DNA of 64,000 nucleotides from Eimeria praecox (Eukaryota): assembly GCA_963920595.1 (NCBI GenBank), contig OY986947.1, forward strand, positions 62,001 through 126,000, written 5' to 3'. A model generated the notes under the pieces. It saw nothing but the letters and a program-made list of their open reading frames with translations. It was not told the DNA's origin and ran no database searches. A program made the position numbers and the translations under genes. Positions 1 through 14,200 of the stretch are shown in pieces. The number at the start of each line of letters is the position of its first letter. Within the stretch, counting starts at the first letter, position 1.

Positions 1-3000
1 CTCATAACTACAGCCAGGATTCAATGGGTCTCCTTGAACACAAGAACATACAAAGAACCGATTTCCGGTGGCGATCCTACACAACCCGAAGCACGCATGG
101 GCCGAGATATCCAGCCATACACGATGCTGCCTAAACAGCACCGTGGCACCGGCTAGCAGCTCACTGGGAGGAAGGAAGCACCCGTCTACCCGTCGGGAAT
201 CCGCACTCTCCGCAAACCACAGAAAATGCTTCGCATTGCCCAGCTGCCTCCCAAAATGCCATACAATACCCAATGTGCAGACGACGAGCCATCGAATGCA
301 CCATGCTCTTAGGGCCTTGACACGGTTGTCCAACTATGCTTTCCCTGCAGTGCCGAACGCAATTACCAGCTTCTATTCGCCCAGGCTGTGCAGTGCAACA
401 GACCAATGATCCAATATGCGACAAAGCAGCATCTCCAAAAAACACCGAATAGGTCCATGCCAAAGCTAGCACGCCACCGGGGTACTCCACAAAAATGCTG
501 AGACACCCAGTATCGCCACGCACCACAAGAAGCACCTGCCACATCCGCAAGCTGATTCGGGCCGCGAATGCATGCAAGCACACATGCACCATTTTGCAAC
601 CCACTGTTGACCAGCAAGAGTTGCTACGCTGCTACACCTTCTTATGCGTTCTCACCTCTTAGCAACGGGCTACGGAGAACGCTCCGTCACCGCTGTTCAT
701 TACATAGTTTGCTGCAGACGCCGCTCAGACACTTAGATACTCACACAGACACTCATTCAGCCATATTTTACAAGACAACCACAAGCAGCCGCCTACAAGC
801 CACCGCCGGCATGCCACCTCGAAATCCATTCAGGAACGCACAAGGTAAAGCCACGCCAGACCAAATATAAACGCCTTAGCGCTACGACAGACGAAGTTGT
901 TTCATAGGCCAAACGCACACGCAGACCACGCATCATTTAGCACTGTCTCTGAAGGCCTAAACTACTGCAGGAGCCAACTTGCCCCACAACACACATCTCC
1001 AGCCGACATAGGGAATCCAGCCAGAAGGAAACGAGCCAAACATTTCGCCAAATACACAACGCACAGTCTGCGGCCACACATTGCTTTGGGGGTTAAGTAA
1101 ATCAAAGCTCAGACACAGTACATGCGCCAGCCGTCAGTAGCTGCAAACAGGCTTCACCTTGCATTCAGAACAAGAAACCAGGAGGTCAAATTGACTGTGT
1201 GCGGCCACCCTGCACCAGGTGCACACCACGTGCACCACCCGCAACCATAATGTACACGCCTGTACGGCACTGTCAGTCCAGCGTGCACAGAGGCGCCACC
1301 TGCCACCCCACCGGGAGAACGGCTGCCGCTACCCCTGGAATGCAGACATTCGATGCACGCAATAACGAAACTTAAACAATCAGCACACAACCAGGCAGGC
1401 TATGCAATCCATATCTGAGCTCCCAAAACCCCTCGCCAGCTGCCTACTACGCATCCCCAAGCTGACATAAGCCACACATCGCAGTCAGTTGCGATCAATG
1501 GCAACCCCTTGTGGCAACAGACAGCCGCCAGGACGTGTGCAGGCAGGTTGTGTTTCTACAACGCACAACCAATCCGAATATCTGAATTTAATGCCACCCA
1601 GTCCTTACAGGCTGTGCAAAAACACCAAACGCCAAACTGTCGCACAGCCTCTACCATATCAATGACAAGAGGAGTCCTGACAACTGCTTGCAAGAACCAA
1701 TGGTGGTTCACGTGCCACCCACTGATTCCGCATTATCGGTACCATAGCCAGAGTCCCATGCACGCAAGCCGCGCTGTTGCCAACTGCTTAGAGAGGCGTC
1801 GTATCGAATGCACCATACCCTTAGTGGCTTGTCACGATTGCCCAGCAATGCCATTCTCGCAGTGCCTAGCCCAGTTACCAACTCAGACTGTTCAGAGCAA
1901 CAGAACCCTGACTCACTATGCAACGAAGCAACACTTCCAACCAAAACGCCTAGTCCTATGATAAAGTTGCCATGTCTTTTCATTACTCCACAAAAGTGCT
2001 GAAACAAGCACTACCGCTGCGCATAATGAAGCCAATGCACCGGCAAAACGCACAGACTGAGTCAAGCAATGGCTCAAAGGCTAAAGACGCCCGCACTGGC
2101 ATTATGTGCATCGCAGCATCCAAAGAACCACCAGGTGCCAGCTTGCCCCAACGCACACACCTCCACACAGGAGGAGATATGCAGGCAAGCACATCAAACA
2201 AATTCATCAAGTAAGCAGCGCACAGTCTGCAGCCAGGTATCAGTTCGTTCTAACGAAACAGAAGGCTAAGAGGTAGGACGCAGCCGCAGCGAGAAACAAC
2301 TGATACGACCACTGCTGCAATCTTCACCAAATAAGCAATTCGATAAGCGCAAGGCACTCATAACTACAGCCAGGATTCAATGGGTCTCCTTGAACACAAG
2401 AACATACAAAGAACCGATTTCCGGTGGCGATCCTACACAACCCGAAGCACGCATGGGCCGAGATATCCAGCCATACACGATGCTGCCTAAACAGCACCGT
2501 GGCACCGGCTAGCAGCTCACTGGGAGGAAGGAAGCACCCGTCTACCCGTCGGGAATCCGCACTCTCCGCAAACCACAGAAAATGCTTCGCATTGCCCAGC
2601 TGCCTCCCAAAATGCCATACAATACCCAATGTGCAGACGACGAGCCATCGAATGCACCATGCTCTTAGGGCCTTGACACGGTTGTCCAACTATGCTTTCC
2701 CTGCAGTGCCGAACGCAATTACCAGCTTCTATTCGCCCAGGCTGTGCAGTGCAACAGACCAATGATCCAATATGCGACAAAGCAGCATCTCCAAAAAACA
2801 CCGAATAGGTCCATGCCAAAGCTAGCACGCCACCGGGGTACTCCACAAAAATGCTGAGACACCCAGTATCGCCACGCACCACAAGAAGCACCTGCCACAT
2901 CCGCAAGCTGATTCGGGCCGCGAATGCATGCAAGCACACATGCACCATTTTGCAACCCACTGTTGACCAGCAAGAGTTGCTACGCTGCTACACCTTCTTA

Positions 3001-6000
3001 TGCGTTCTCACCTCTTAGCAACGGGCTACGGAGAACGCTCCGTCACCGCTGTTCATTACATAGTTTGCTGCGGACGCCGCTCAGACACTTAGATACTCAC
3101 ACAGACACTCACTCAGCCATATTTTACGAGACAACCACAAGCAGCCGCCTACAAGCCACCGCCGGCATGCCACCTCGAAATCCATTCAGGAACGCACAAT
3201 CTGTAAAGCCACGCCAGACCAAATATAAACGCCGTAGCGCTACACCAGAAGAACTTGTTTTATAGGCCAAACGCACACGCACACCACGCACCACTTAACA
3301 TATGTGGTCTCTGAAGGCCTAAACTACAGCAGGAGCCAACTTGCCCCACAACACACATCTCCAGCCGACATAGGGAATCCAGCCAGAAGGAAACGAGCCA
3401 AACATTTCGCCAAATACACAACGCACATTCTGCGGCCACACATTGCTTTGGGGTTAGAAGTAAATCAAAGGTCAGACACAGTACATGCGCAAGCCGTCAG
3501 TAGCTACAAACAGGCTTCACCTTGCATTCAGAACAAGAAACCAGGAGGTCAAATTGACCGTGTGCGGCCACCCTGCACCAGGTGCACACCACGTGTACCA
3601 CCCGCAACCATAATGTACACGCCTGTACGGCACTGTCAGTCCAGCGTGCACAGTGGAGATACCTGCCACCTCATCGGGACAACGGTTGCTACTAGCCCTG
3701 GAATGCAGACATTGGCTGCACGCAATAACGAACCTTAAACAATCAGCACACAACCACGCACGCTATGGACTCCATATCTGGGCTTCCCAAACCCCTCGCC
3801 AGGTGCCTACTACGCAGCCCCAAGCTGGCATAAGCCACAAGCCGCAGTCAGCTGCGATCAATGGCAACCCCTTGTGACAACAGACGGCAGCCAATCCTTG
3901 TGCAGGCACGCTGTGTTTCTACAACGCACAGCCATTCCCAATATCCGAATTTGCTACCACCCAGTCCTTACCGACTGCGCAAAAACACCAAACGCCAAAC
4001 TGGTACACAGCCTCTACCAAATTCATCCCCAGTGAAGTCCTGACAACTGCTCACAGGAAACAATCGTGGCTCACATGCCACCCACTGATCCCGCATTATC
4101 GGTACCATAGCCAGAGTCCCATGCACACAAGCAACACTGTTGCCAACTGCTTAGAGACGCGACGTATCGAATGCACCATACCCTTAGTGGCTTGTCACAA
4201 TTGCCCAGCAATGCCATTCTCGCAGTGCCTAGCCCAGTTACCAACTTGCACTCACTCAGCTTGTACAGAGCAACAGACCACTGACTCACTATGCAACGAA
4301 GCAACACTTCCAACCAAAACGCCTAGTCCTATGATAAAGTTGCCATGTCTTTTCATTACTCCACAAAAGTGCTGAAACAAGCACTACCGCTGCGCATAAT
4401 GAAGCCAATGCACCGGCAAAACGCACAGACTGAGTCAAGCAATGGCTCAAAGGCTAAAGACGCCCGCACTGGCATTATGTGCATCGCAGCATCCAAAGAA
4501 CCACCAGGTGCCAGCTTGCCCCAACGCACACACCTCCACACAGGAGGAGATATGCAGGCAAGCACATCAAACAAATTCATCAAGTAAGCAGCGCACAGTC
4601 TGCAGCCAGGTATCAGTTCGTTCTAACGAAACAGAAGGCTAAGAGGTAGGACGCAGCCGCAGCGAGAAACAACTGATACGACCACTGCTGCAATCTTCAC
4701 CAAATAAGCAATTCGATAAGCGCAAGGCACTCATAACTACAGCCAGGATTCAATGGGTCTCCTTGAACACAAGAACATACAAAGAACCGATTTCCGGTGG
4801 CGATCCTACACAACCCGAAGCACGCATGGGCCGAGATATCCAGCCGTACACGATGCTGCCTAGACAGCACCGTGGCACCGGCTAGCAGCTGAATGGGAGG
4901 AAGGAAGCACCCGTCTACCCGTCGGGAATCCGCACTCTCCGCAAACCACAGAAAATGCTTCGCATTGCCCAGCTGCCTCCCAAAATGCCATACAATACCC
5001 AATGTGCAGACGACGAGCCATCGAATGCACCATGCTCTTAGGGCCTTGACACGGTTGTCCAACTATGCTTTCCCTGCAGTGCCGAACGCAATTACCAGCT
5101 TCTATTCGCCCAGGCTGTGCAGTGCAACAGACCAATGATCCAATATGCGACAAAGCAGCATCTCCAAAAAACACCGAATAGGTCCATGCCAAAGCTAGCA
5201 CGCCACCGGGGTACTCCACAAAAATGCTGAGACACCCAGTATCGCCACGCACCACAAGAAGCACCTGCCACACCCGCAAGCTGATTCGAGCCGCGAATGC
5301 ATGCAAGCACACATGCACCATTTTGCAACCCACTGTTGACCAGCAAGAGTAGCTACGCTGCTACACCGTCTTATGCGTTCTCACCTCTTAGCAACGGGCT
5401 ACGGAGAACGCTCCGTCACCGCTGTTCATTACATAGTTTGCTGCAGACGCCGCTCAGACACTTAGATACTCACACAGACACTCATTCAGCCATATTTTAC
5501 AAGACAACCACAAGCAGCCGCCTACAAGCCACCGCCGGCATGCCACCTCGAAATCCATTCAGGAACGCACAAGGTAAAGCCACGCCAGACCAAATATAAA
5601 CGCCTTAGCGCTACGACAGACGAAGTTGTTTCATAGGCCAAACGCACAGGCAGACCACGCATCATTTAGCACTGTCTCTGAAGGCCTAAACTACTGCAGG
5701 AGCCAACTTGCCCCACAACACACATCTCCAGCCGACATAGGGAATCCAGCCAGAAGGAAACGAGCCAAACATTTCGCCAAATACACAACGCACAGTCTGC
5801 GGCCACACATTGCTTTGGGGGTTAAGTAAATCAAAGCTCAGACACAGTACATGCGCCAGCCGTCAGTAGCTGCAAACAGGCTTCACCCTGCATTCAGAAC
5901 AAGAAACCAGGAGGTCAAAACGACTGTATGCGGCCACCCTGCACCAGGTGCACACCACGTGCACCACCCGCAACCATAATGTACACGCCTGTACGGCACT

Positions 6001-9000
6001 GTCAGTCCAGCGTGCACAGAGGCGCCACCTGCCACCCCAGCGGGAGAACGGCTGCCGCTACCCCTGGAATGCAGACATTCGATGCACGCAATAACGAAAC
6101 TTAAACAATCAGCACACAACCAGGCAGGCTATGCAATCCATATCTGAGCTCCCAAAACCCCTCGCCAGCTGCCTACTACGCATCCCCAAGCTGACATAAG
6201 CCACACATCGCAGTCAGTTGCGATCAATGGCAACCCCTTGTGGCAACAGACAGCCGCCAGGACGTGTGCAGGCAGGTTGTGTTTCTACAACGCACAACCA
6301 ATCCGAATATCTGAATTTAATGCCACCCAGTCCTTACAGGCTGTGCAAAAACACCAAACGCCAAACTGTCGCACAGCCTCTACCATATCAATGACAAGAG
6401 GAGTCCTGACAACTGCTTGCAAGAACCAATGGTGGTTCACGTGCCACCCACTGATTCCGCATTATCGGTACCATAGCCAGAGTCCCATGCACGCAAGCCG
6501 CGCTGTTGCCAACTGCTTAGAGAGGCGTCGTATCGAATGCACCATACCCTTAGTGGCTTGTCACGATTGCCCAGCAATGCCATTCTCGCAGTGCCTAGCC
6601 CAGTTACCAACTCAGACTGTTCAGAGCAACAGAACCCTGACTCACTATGCAACGAAGCAACACTTCCAACCAAAACGCCTAGTCCTATGATAAAGTTGCC
6701 ATGTCTTTTCATTACTCCACAAAAGTGCTGAAACAAGCACTACCGCTGCGCATAATGAAGCCAATGCACCGGCAAAACGCACAGACTGAGTCAAGCAATG
6801 GCTCAAAGGCTAAAGACGCCCGCACTGGCATTATGTGCATCGCAGCATCCAAAGAACCACCAGGTGCCAGCTTGCCCCAACGCACACACCTCCACACAGG
6901 AGGAGATATGCAGGCAAGCACATCAAACAAATTCATCAAGTAAGCAGCGCACAGTCTGCAGCCAGGTATCAGTTCGTTCTAACGAAACAGAAGGCTAAGA
7001 GGTAGGACGCAGCCGCAGCGAGAAACAACTGATACGACCACTGCTGCAATCTTCACCAAATAAGCAATTCGATAAGCGCAAGGCACTCATAACTACAGCC
7101 AGGATTCAATGGGTCTCCTTGAACACAAGAACATACAAAGAACCGATTTCCGGTGGCGATCCTACACAACCCGAAGCACGCATGGGCCGAGATATCCAGC
7201 CATACACGATGCTGCCTAAACAGCACCGTGGCACCGGCTAGCAGCTCACTGGGAGGAAGGAAGCACCCGTCTACCCGTCGGGAATCCGCACTCTCCGCAA
7301 ACCACAGAAAATGCTTCGCATTGCCCAGCTGCCTCCCAAAATGCCATACAATACCCAATGTGCAGACGACGAGCCATCGAATGCACCATGCTCTTAGGGC
7401 CTTGACACGGTTGTCCAACTATGCTTTCCCTGCAGTGCCGAACGCAATTACCAGCTTCTATTCGCCCAGGCTGTGCAGTGCAACAGACCAATGATCCAAT
7501 ATGCGACAAAGCAGCATCTCCAAAAAACACCGAATAGGTCCATGCCAAAGCTAGCACGCCACCGGGGTACTCCACAAAAATGCTGAGACACCCAGTATCG
7601 CCACGCACCACAAGAAGCACCTGCCACATCCGCAAGCTGATTCGGGCCGCGAATGCATGCAAGCACACATGCACCATTTTGCAACCCACTGTTGACCAGC
7701 AAGAGTTGCTACGCTGCTACACCTTCTTATGCGTTCTCACCTCTTAGCAACGGGCTACGGAGAACGCTCCGTCACCGCTGTTCATTACATAGTTTGCTGC
7801 GGACGCCGCTCAGACACTTAGATACTCACACAGACACTCACTCAGCCATATTTTACGAGACAACCACAAGCAGCCGCCTACAAGCCACCGCCGGCATGCC
7901 ACCTCGAAATCCATTCAGGAACGCACAATCTGTAAAGCCACGCCAGACCAAATATAAACGCCGTAGCGCTACACCAGAAGAACTTGTTTTATAGGCCAAA
8001 CGCACACGCACACCACGCACCACTTAACATATGTGGTCTCTGAAGGCCTAAACTACAGCAGGAGCCAACTTGCCCCACAACACACATCTCCAGCCGACAT
8101 AGGGAATCCAGCCAGAAGGAAACGAGCCAAACATTTCGCCAAATACACAACGCACATTCTGCGGCCACACATTGCTTTGGGGTTAGAAGTAAATCAAAGG
8201 TCAGACACAGTACATGCGCAAGCCGTCAGTAGCTACAAACAGGCTTCACCTTGCATTCAGAACAAGAAACCAGGAGGTCAAATTGACCGTGTGCGGCCAC
8301 CCTGCACCAGGTGCACACCACGTGTACCACCCGCAACCATAATGTACACGCCTGTACGGCACTGTCAGTCCAGCGTGCACAGTGGAGATACCTGCCACCT
8401 CATCGGGACAACGGTTGCTACTAGCCCTGGAATGCAGACATTGGCTGCACGCAATAACGAACCTTAAACAATCAGCACACAACCACGCACGCTATGGACT
8501 CCATATCGGGGCTTCCCAAACCCCTCGCCAGGTGCCTACTACGCAGCCCCAAGCTGGCATAAGCCACAAGCCGCAGTCGGCTGCGATCAATGGCAACCCC
8601 TTGTGACAACAGACGGCAGCCAATCCTTGTGCAGGCACGCTGTGTTTCTACAACGCACAGCCATTCCCAATATCCGAATTTGCTACCACCCAGTCCTTAC
8701 CGACTGCGCAAAAACACCAAACGCCAAACTGGTACACAGCCTCTACCAAATTCATCCCAAGTGGAGTCCTGACAACTGCTCACAGGAAACAATCGTGGCT
8801 CACATGCCACCCACTGATCCCGCATTATCGGTACCATAGCCAGAGCCCCATGCACACAAGCAACACTGTTGCAAACTGCTTAGAGACGCGACGTATCGAA
8901 TGCACCATACCCTTAGTGGCTTGTCACAATTGCCCAGCAATGCCATTCTCGCAGTGCCTAGCCCAGTTACCAACTTGCACTCACTCAGCTTGTACAGAGC

Positions 9001-11200
9001 AACAGACCACTGACTCACTATGCAACGAAGCAACACTTCCAACCAAAACGCCTAGTCCTATGATAAAGTTGCCATGTCTTTTCATTACTCCACAAAAGTG
9101 CTGAAACAAGCACTACCGCTGCGCATAATGAAGCCAATGCACCGGCAAAACGCACAGACTGAGTCAAGCAATGGCTCAAAGGCTAAAGACGCCCGCACTG
9201 GCATTATGTGCATCGCAGCATCCAAAGAACCACCAGGTGCCAGCTTGCCCCAACGCACACACCTCCACACAGGATCCTCCTGTGTGGAGGTGTGTGATAT
9301 GCAGGCAAGCACATCAAACAAATTCATCAAGTAAGCAGCGCACAGTCTGCAGCCAGGTATCAGTTCGTTCTAACGAAACAGAAGGCTAAGAGGTAGGACG
9401 CAGCCGCAGCGAGAAACAACTGATACGACCACTGCTGCAATCTTCACCAAATAAGCAATTCGATAAGCGCAAGGCACTCATAACTACAGCCAGGATTCAA
9501 TGGGTCTCCTTGAACACAAGAACATACAAAGAACCGATTTCCGGTGGCGATCCTACACAACCCGAAGCACGCATGGGCCGAGATATCCAGCCATACACGA
9601 TGCTGCCTAAACAGCACCGTGGCACCGGCTAGCAGCTCACTGGGAGGAAGGAAGCACCCGTCTACCCGTCGGGAATCCGCACTCTCCGCAAACCACAGAA
9701 AATGCTTCGCATTGCCCAGCTGCCTCCCAAAATGCCATACAGTACCCAATGTGCAGACGACGAGCCATCGAATGCACCATGCTCTTAGGGCCTTGACACG
9801 GTTGTCCAACTATGCTTTCCCTGCAGTGCCGAACGCAATTACCAGCTTCTATTCGCCCAGGCTGTGCAGTGCAACAGACCAATGATCCAATATGCGACAA
9901 AGCAGCATCTCCAAAAAACACCGCATAGGCCCATGCCAAAACTAGCACGCCACCGGGGTACTCCATAAAAGCGCTGAGACACCCAGTATCGCCGCGCGCC
10001 ACAAGAAGCACCTGCCACATCCGCACGCTGATTCGGGCCGCGAATGCATGCAAGCACACATGCACCATTTTGCAACCCACTGTTGACCAGCAAGAGTAGC
10101 TACGCTGCTACACCTTCTTATGCGTTCTCACCTCTTAGCAACGGGCTACGGAGAACGCTCCGTCACCGCTGTTCATTACATAGTTTGCTGCAGACGCCGC
10201 TCAGACACTTAGATACTCACACAGACACTCATTCAGCCATATTTTACAAGACAACCACAAGCAGCCGCCTACAAGCCACCGCCGGCATGCCACCTCGAAA
10301 TCCATTCAGGAACGCACAAGGTAAAGCCACGCCAGACCAAATATAAACGCCTTAGCGCTACGACAGACGAAGTTGTTTCATAGGCCAAACGCACAGGCAG
10401 ACCACGCATCATTTAGCACTGTCTCTGAAGGCCTAAACTACTGCAGGAGCCAACTTGCCCCACAACACACATCTCCAGCCGACATAGGGAATCCAGCCAG
10501 AAGGAAACGAGCCAAACATTTCGCCAAATACACAACGCACAGTCTGCGGCCACACATTGCTTTGGGGGTTAAGTAAATCAAAGCTCAGACACAGTACATG
10601 CGCCAGCCGTCAGTAGCTGCAAACAGGCTTCACCCTGCATTCAGAACAAGAAACCAGGAGGTCAAAGCGACTGTGTGCGGCCATCCTGCACCAGGTGCAC
10701 ACCACGTGCACCACCCGCAACCATAATGTACACGCCTGTACGGCACTGTCAGTCCAGCGTGCACAGAGGCGCCACCTGCCACCCCACCGGGAGAACGGCT
10801 GCCGCTACTCCTGGAATGCAGACATTCGATGCACGCAATAACGAAACTTAAACAATCAGCACACAACCAGGCAGGCTATGCAATCCATATCTGAGCTCCC
10901 CAAACCCCTCGCCAGCTGCCTACTACGCATCCCCAAGCTGACATAAGCCACACATCGCAGTCAGTTGCGATCAATGGCAACCCCTTGTGGCAACAGACAG
11001 CCGCCAGGACGTGTGCAGGCAGGTTGTGTTTCTACAACGCACAACCAATCCGAATATCTGAATTTAATGCCACCCAGTCCTTACAGGCTGTACAAAAACA
11101 CCAAACGCCAAACTGTCGCACAGCCTCTACCATATCAATGACAAGAGGAGTCCTGACACCTTCTTGCAACAAACAATGGTGGTTCACGTGCCACCCACTG
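1..11200. repeat. Higher-order dimer of family A (alternating X/Y unit types), period 4,729 bp
   Basis: Unit lengths alternate 2356/2373. Identical ORFs lie 4729 bp apart (1509 and 6238; 3304 and 8033). Diagnostic variants alternate: agaggcgccacctgccacccca in X, agtggagatacctgccacctcatc in Y. Confidence 0.92.
9256..9296. other. Perfect 19-bp inverted repeat with a 3-nt loop, unique to one family A copy
   Basis: cacacacctccacacagga-tcc-tcctgtgtggaggtgtgtg; neighbouring copies read cacacacctccacacaggaggagatatg (net +18 bp in this copy). Confidence 0.95.
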
Positions 11201-14200
11201 ATTCCGCATTATCGGTACCATAGCCAGAGCCCCATGCACACAAGCTACACTGTTGCAAACTGCTTAGAGACGCGACGTATCGAATGCACCATACCCTTAG
11301 TGGCTTGTCACAATTGCCCAGCAATGCCATTCTCGCAGTGCCTAGCCCAGTTACCAACTTGCACTCACTCAGCTTGTACAGAGCAACAGACCACTGACTC
11401 ACTATGCAACGAAGCAACACTTCCAACCAAAACGCCTAGTACTATGATAAAGTTGCCATGTCTTTTCATTACTCCACAAAAGTGCTGAAACAAGCACTAC
11501 CGCTGCGCATAATGAAGCCAATGCACCGGCAAAACGCACAGACTGAGTCAAGCAATGGCTCAAAGGCTAAAGACGCCCGCACTGGCATTATGTGCATCGC
11601 AGCATCCAAAGAACCACCAGGTGCCAGCTTGCCCCAACGCACACACCTCCACACAGGAGGAGATATGCAGGCAAGCACATCAAACAAATTCATCAAGTAA
11701 GCAGCGCACAGTCTGCAGCCAGGTATCAGTTCGTTCTAACGAAACAGAAGGCTAAGAGGTAGGACGCAGCCGCAGCGAGAAACAGCTGATACGACCACTG
11801 CTGCAATCTTCACCAAATAAGCAATTCGATAAGCGCAAGGCACTCATAAGTACAGCCAGGATTCAATGGGTCTCCTTGAACACAAGAACATACAAAGAAC
11901 CGATTTCCGGTGGCGATCCTGCACAACCTGAAGCACGCATGACAGCAGGATCAAACCGTACAGAATGCTGCCTAGACAGCACCGTGGCACCGGCTAGCAG
12001 CTCACTGGGAGGAAGGAAGCACCCGTCTGTACCTCGGGAATCCGCACTCTCCGCAAACCACAGAAAATGCCTCGCATTGCCCAGCTGTCTCCAAAAAGGC
12101 CATACAATACCCAATGTGCAGACGACGAGGTATCGAATGCACCATGGTCTTAGGGCCTTGACACGGTTGTCCAACTGTGCTTTCCCTGCAGTGCCGAACG
12201 CAATTACCAGCTTCTATTCGCCCAGGCTGTGCAGTGCAACAGACCAATGATCCAATATGCGACAAAGCAGCATCTCCAAAAAACACCGCATAGGCCCATG
12301 CCAAAACTAGCACGCCACCGGGGTACTCCATAAAAGTGCTGAGACACCCAGTATCGCCGCGCGCCACAAGAAGCACCTGCCACATCCGCAAGCTGATTCG
12401 GGCCGCGAATGCATGCAAGCACACATGCACCATTTTGCAACCCACTGTTGACCAGCAAGAGTAGCTACGCTGCTACACCTTCTTATGCGTTCTCACCTCT
12501 TAGCAACGGGCTACGGAGAACGCTCCGTCACCGCTGTTCATTACATAGTTTGCTGCGGACGCCGCTCAGACACTTAGATACTCACACAGACACTCACTCA
12601 GCCATATTTTACGAGACAACCACAAGCAGCCGCCTACAAGCCACCGCCGGCATGCCACCTCGAAATCCATTCAGGAACGCACAATCTGTAAAGCCACGCC
12701 AGACCAAATATAAACGCCGTAGCGCTACACCAGAAGAACTTGTTTTATAGGCCAAACGCACACGCACACCACGCACCGCTTAACATATGTGGTCTCTGAA
12801 GGCCTAAACTACAGCAGGAGCCAACTTGCCCCACAACACACATCTCCAGCCGACATAGGGAATCCAGCCAGAAGGAAACGAGCCAAACATTTCGCCAAAT
12901 ACACAACGCACATTCTGCGGCCACACATTGCTTTGGGGTTAGAAGTAAATCAAAGCTCAGACACAGTACATGCGCAAGCCGTCAGTAGCTACAAACAGGC
13001 TTCACCTTGCATTCAGAACAAGAAACCAGGAGGTCAAATTGACCGTGTGCGGCCACCCTGCACCAGGTGCACACCACGTGTACCACCCGCAACCATAATG
13101 TACACGCCTGTACGGCACTGTCAGTCCAGCGTGCACAGTGGAGATACCTGCCACCTCATCGGGACAACGGTTGCTACTAGCCCTGGAATGCAGACATTGG
13201 CTGCACGCAATAACGAACCTTAAACAATCAGCACACAACCACGCACGCTATGGACTCCATATCGGGGCTTCCCAAACCCCTCGCCAGGTGCCTACTACGC
13301 AGCCCCAAGCTGGCATAAGCCACAAGCCGCAGTCGGCTGCGATCAATGGCAACCCCTTGTGACAACAGACGGCAGCCAATCCTTGTGCAGGCACGCTGTG
13401 TTTCTACAACGCACAGCCATTCCCAATATCCGAATTTGCTGCCACCCAGTCCTTACCGACTGCGCAAAAACACCAAACGCCAAACTGGTACACAGCCTCT
13501 ACCAAATTCATCCCAAGTGGAGTCCTGACAACTGCTCACAGGAAACAATCGTGGCTCACATGCCACCCACTGATCCCGCATTATCGGTACCATAGCCAGA
13601 GCCCCATGCACACAAGCAACACTGTTGCAAACTGCTTAGAGACGCGACGTATCGAATGCACCATACCCTTAGTGGCTTGTCACAATTGCCCAGCAATGCC
13701 ATTCTCGCAGTGCCTAGCCCAGTTACCAACTTGCACTCACTCAGCTTGTACAGAGCAACAGACCACTGACTCACTATGCAACGAAGCAACACTTCCAACC
13801 AAAACGCCTAGTCCTATGATAAAGTTGCCATGTCTTTTCATTACTCCACAAAAGTGCTGAAACAAGCACTACCGCTGCGCATAATGAAGCCAATGCACCG
13901 GCAAAACGCACAGACTGAGTCAAGCAATGGCTCAAAGGCTAAAGACGCCCGCACTGGCATTATGTGCATCGCAGCATCCAAAGAACCACCAGGTGCCAGC
14001 TTGCCCCAACGCACACACCTCCACACAGGAGGAGATATGCAGGCAAGCACATCAAACAAATTCATCAAGTAAGCAGCGCACAGTCTGCAGCCAGGTATCA
14101 GTTCGTTCTAACGAAACAGAAGGCTAAGAGGTAGGACGCAGCCGCAGCGAGAAACAGCTGATACGACCACTGCTGCAATCTTCACCAAATAAGCAATTCG

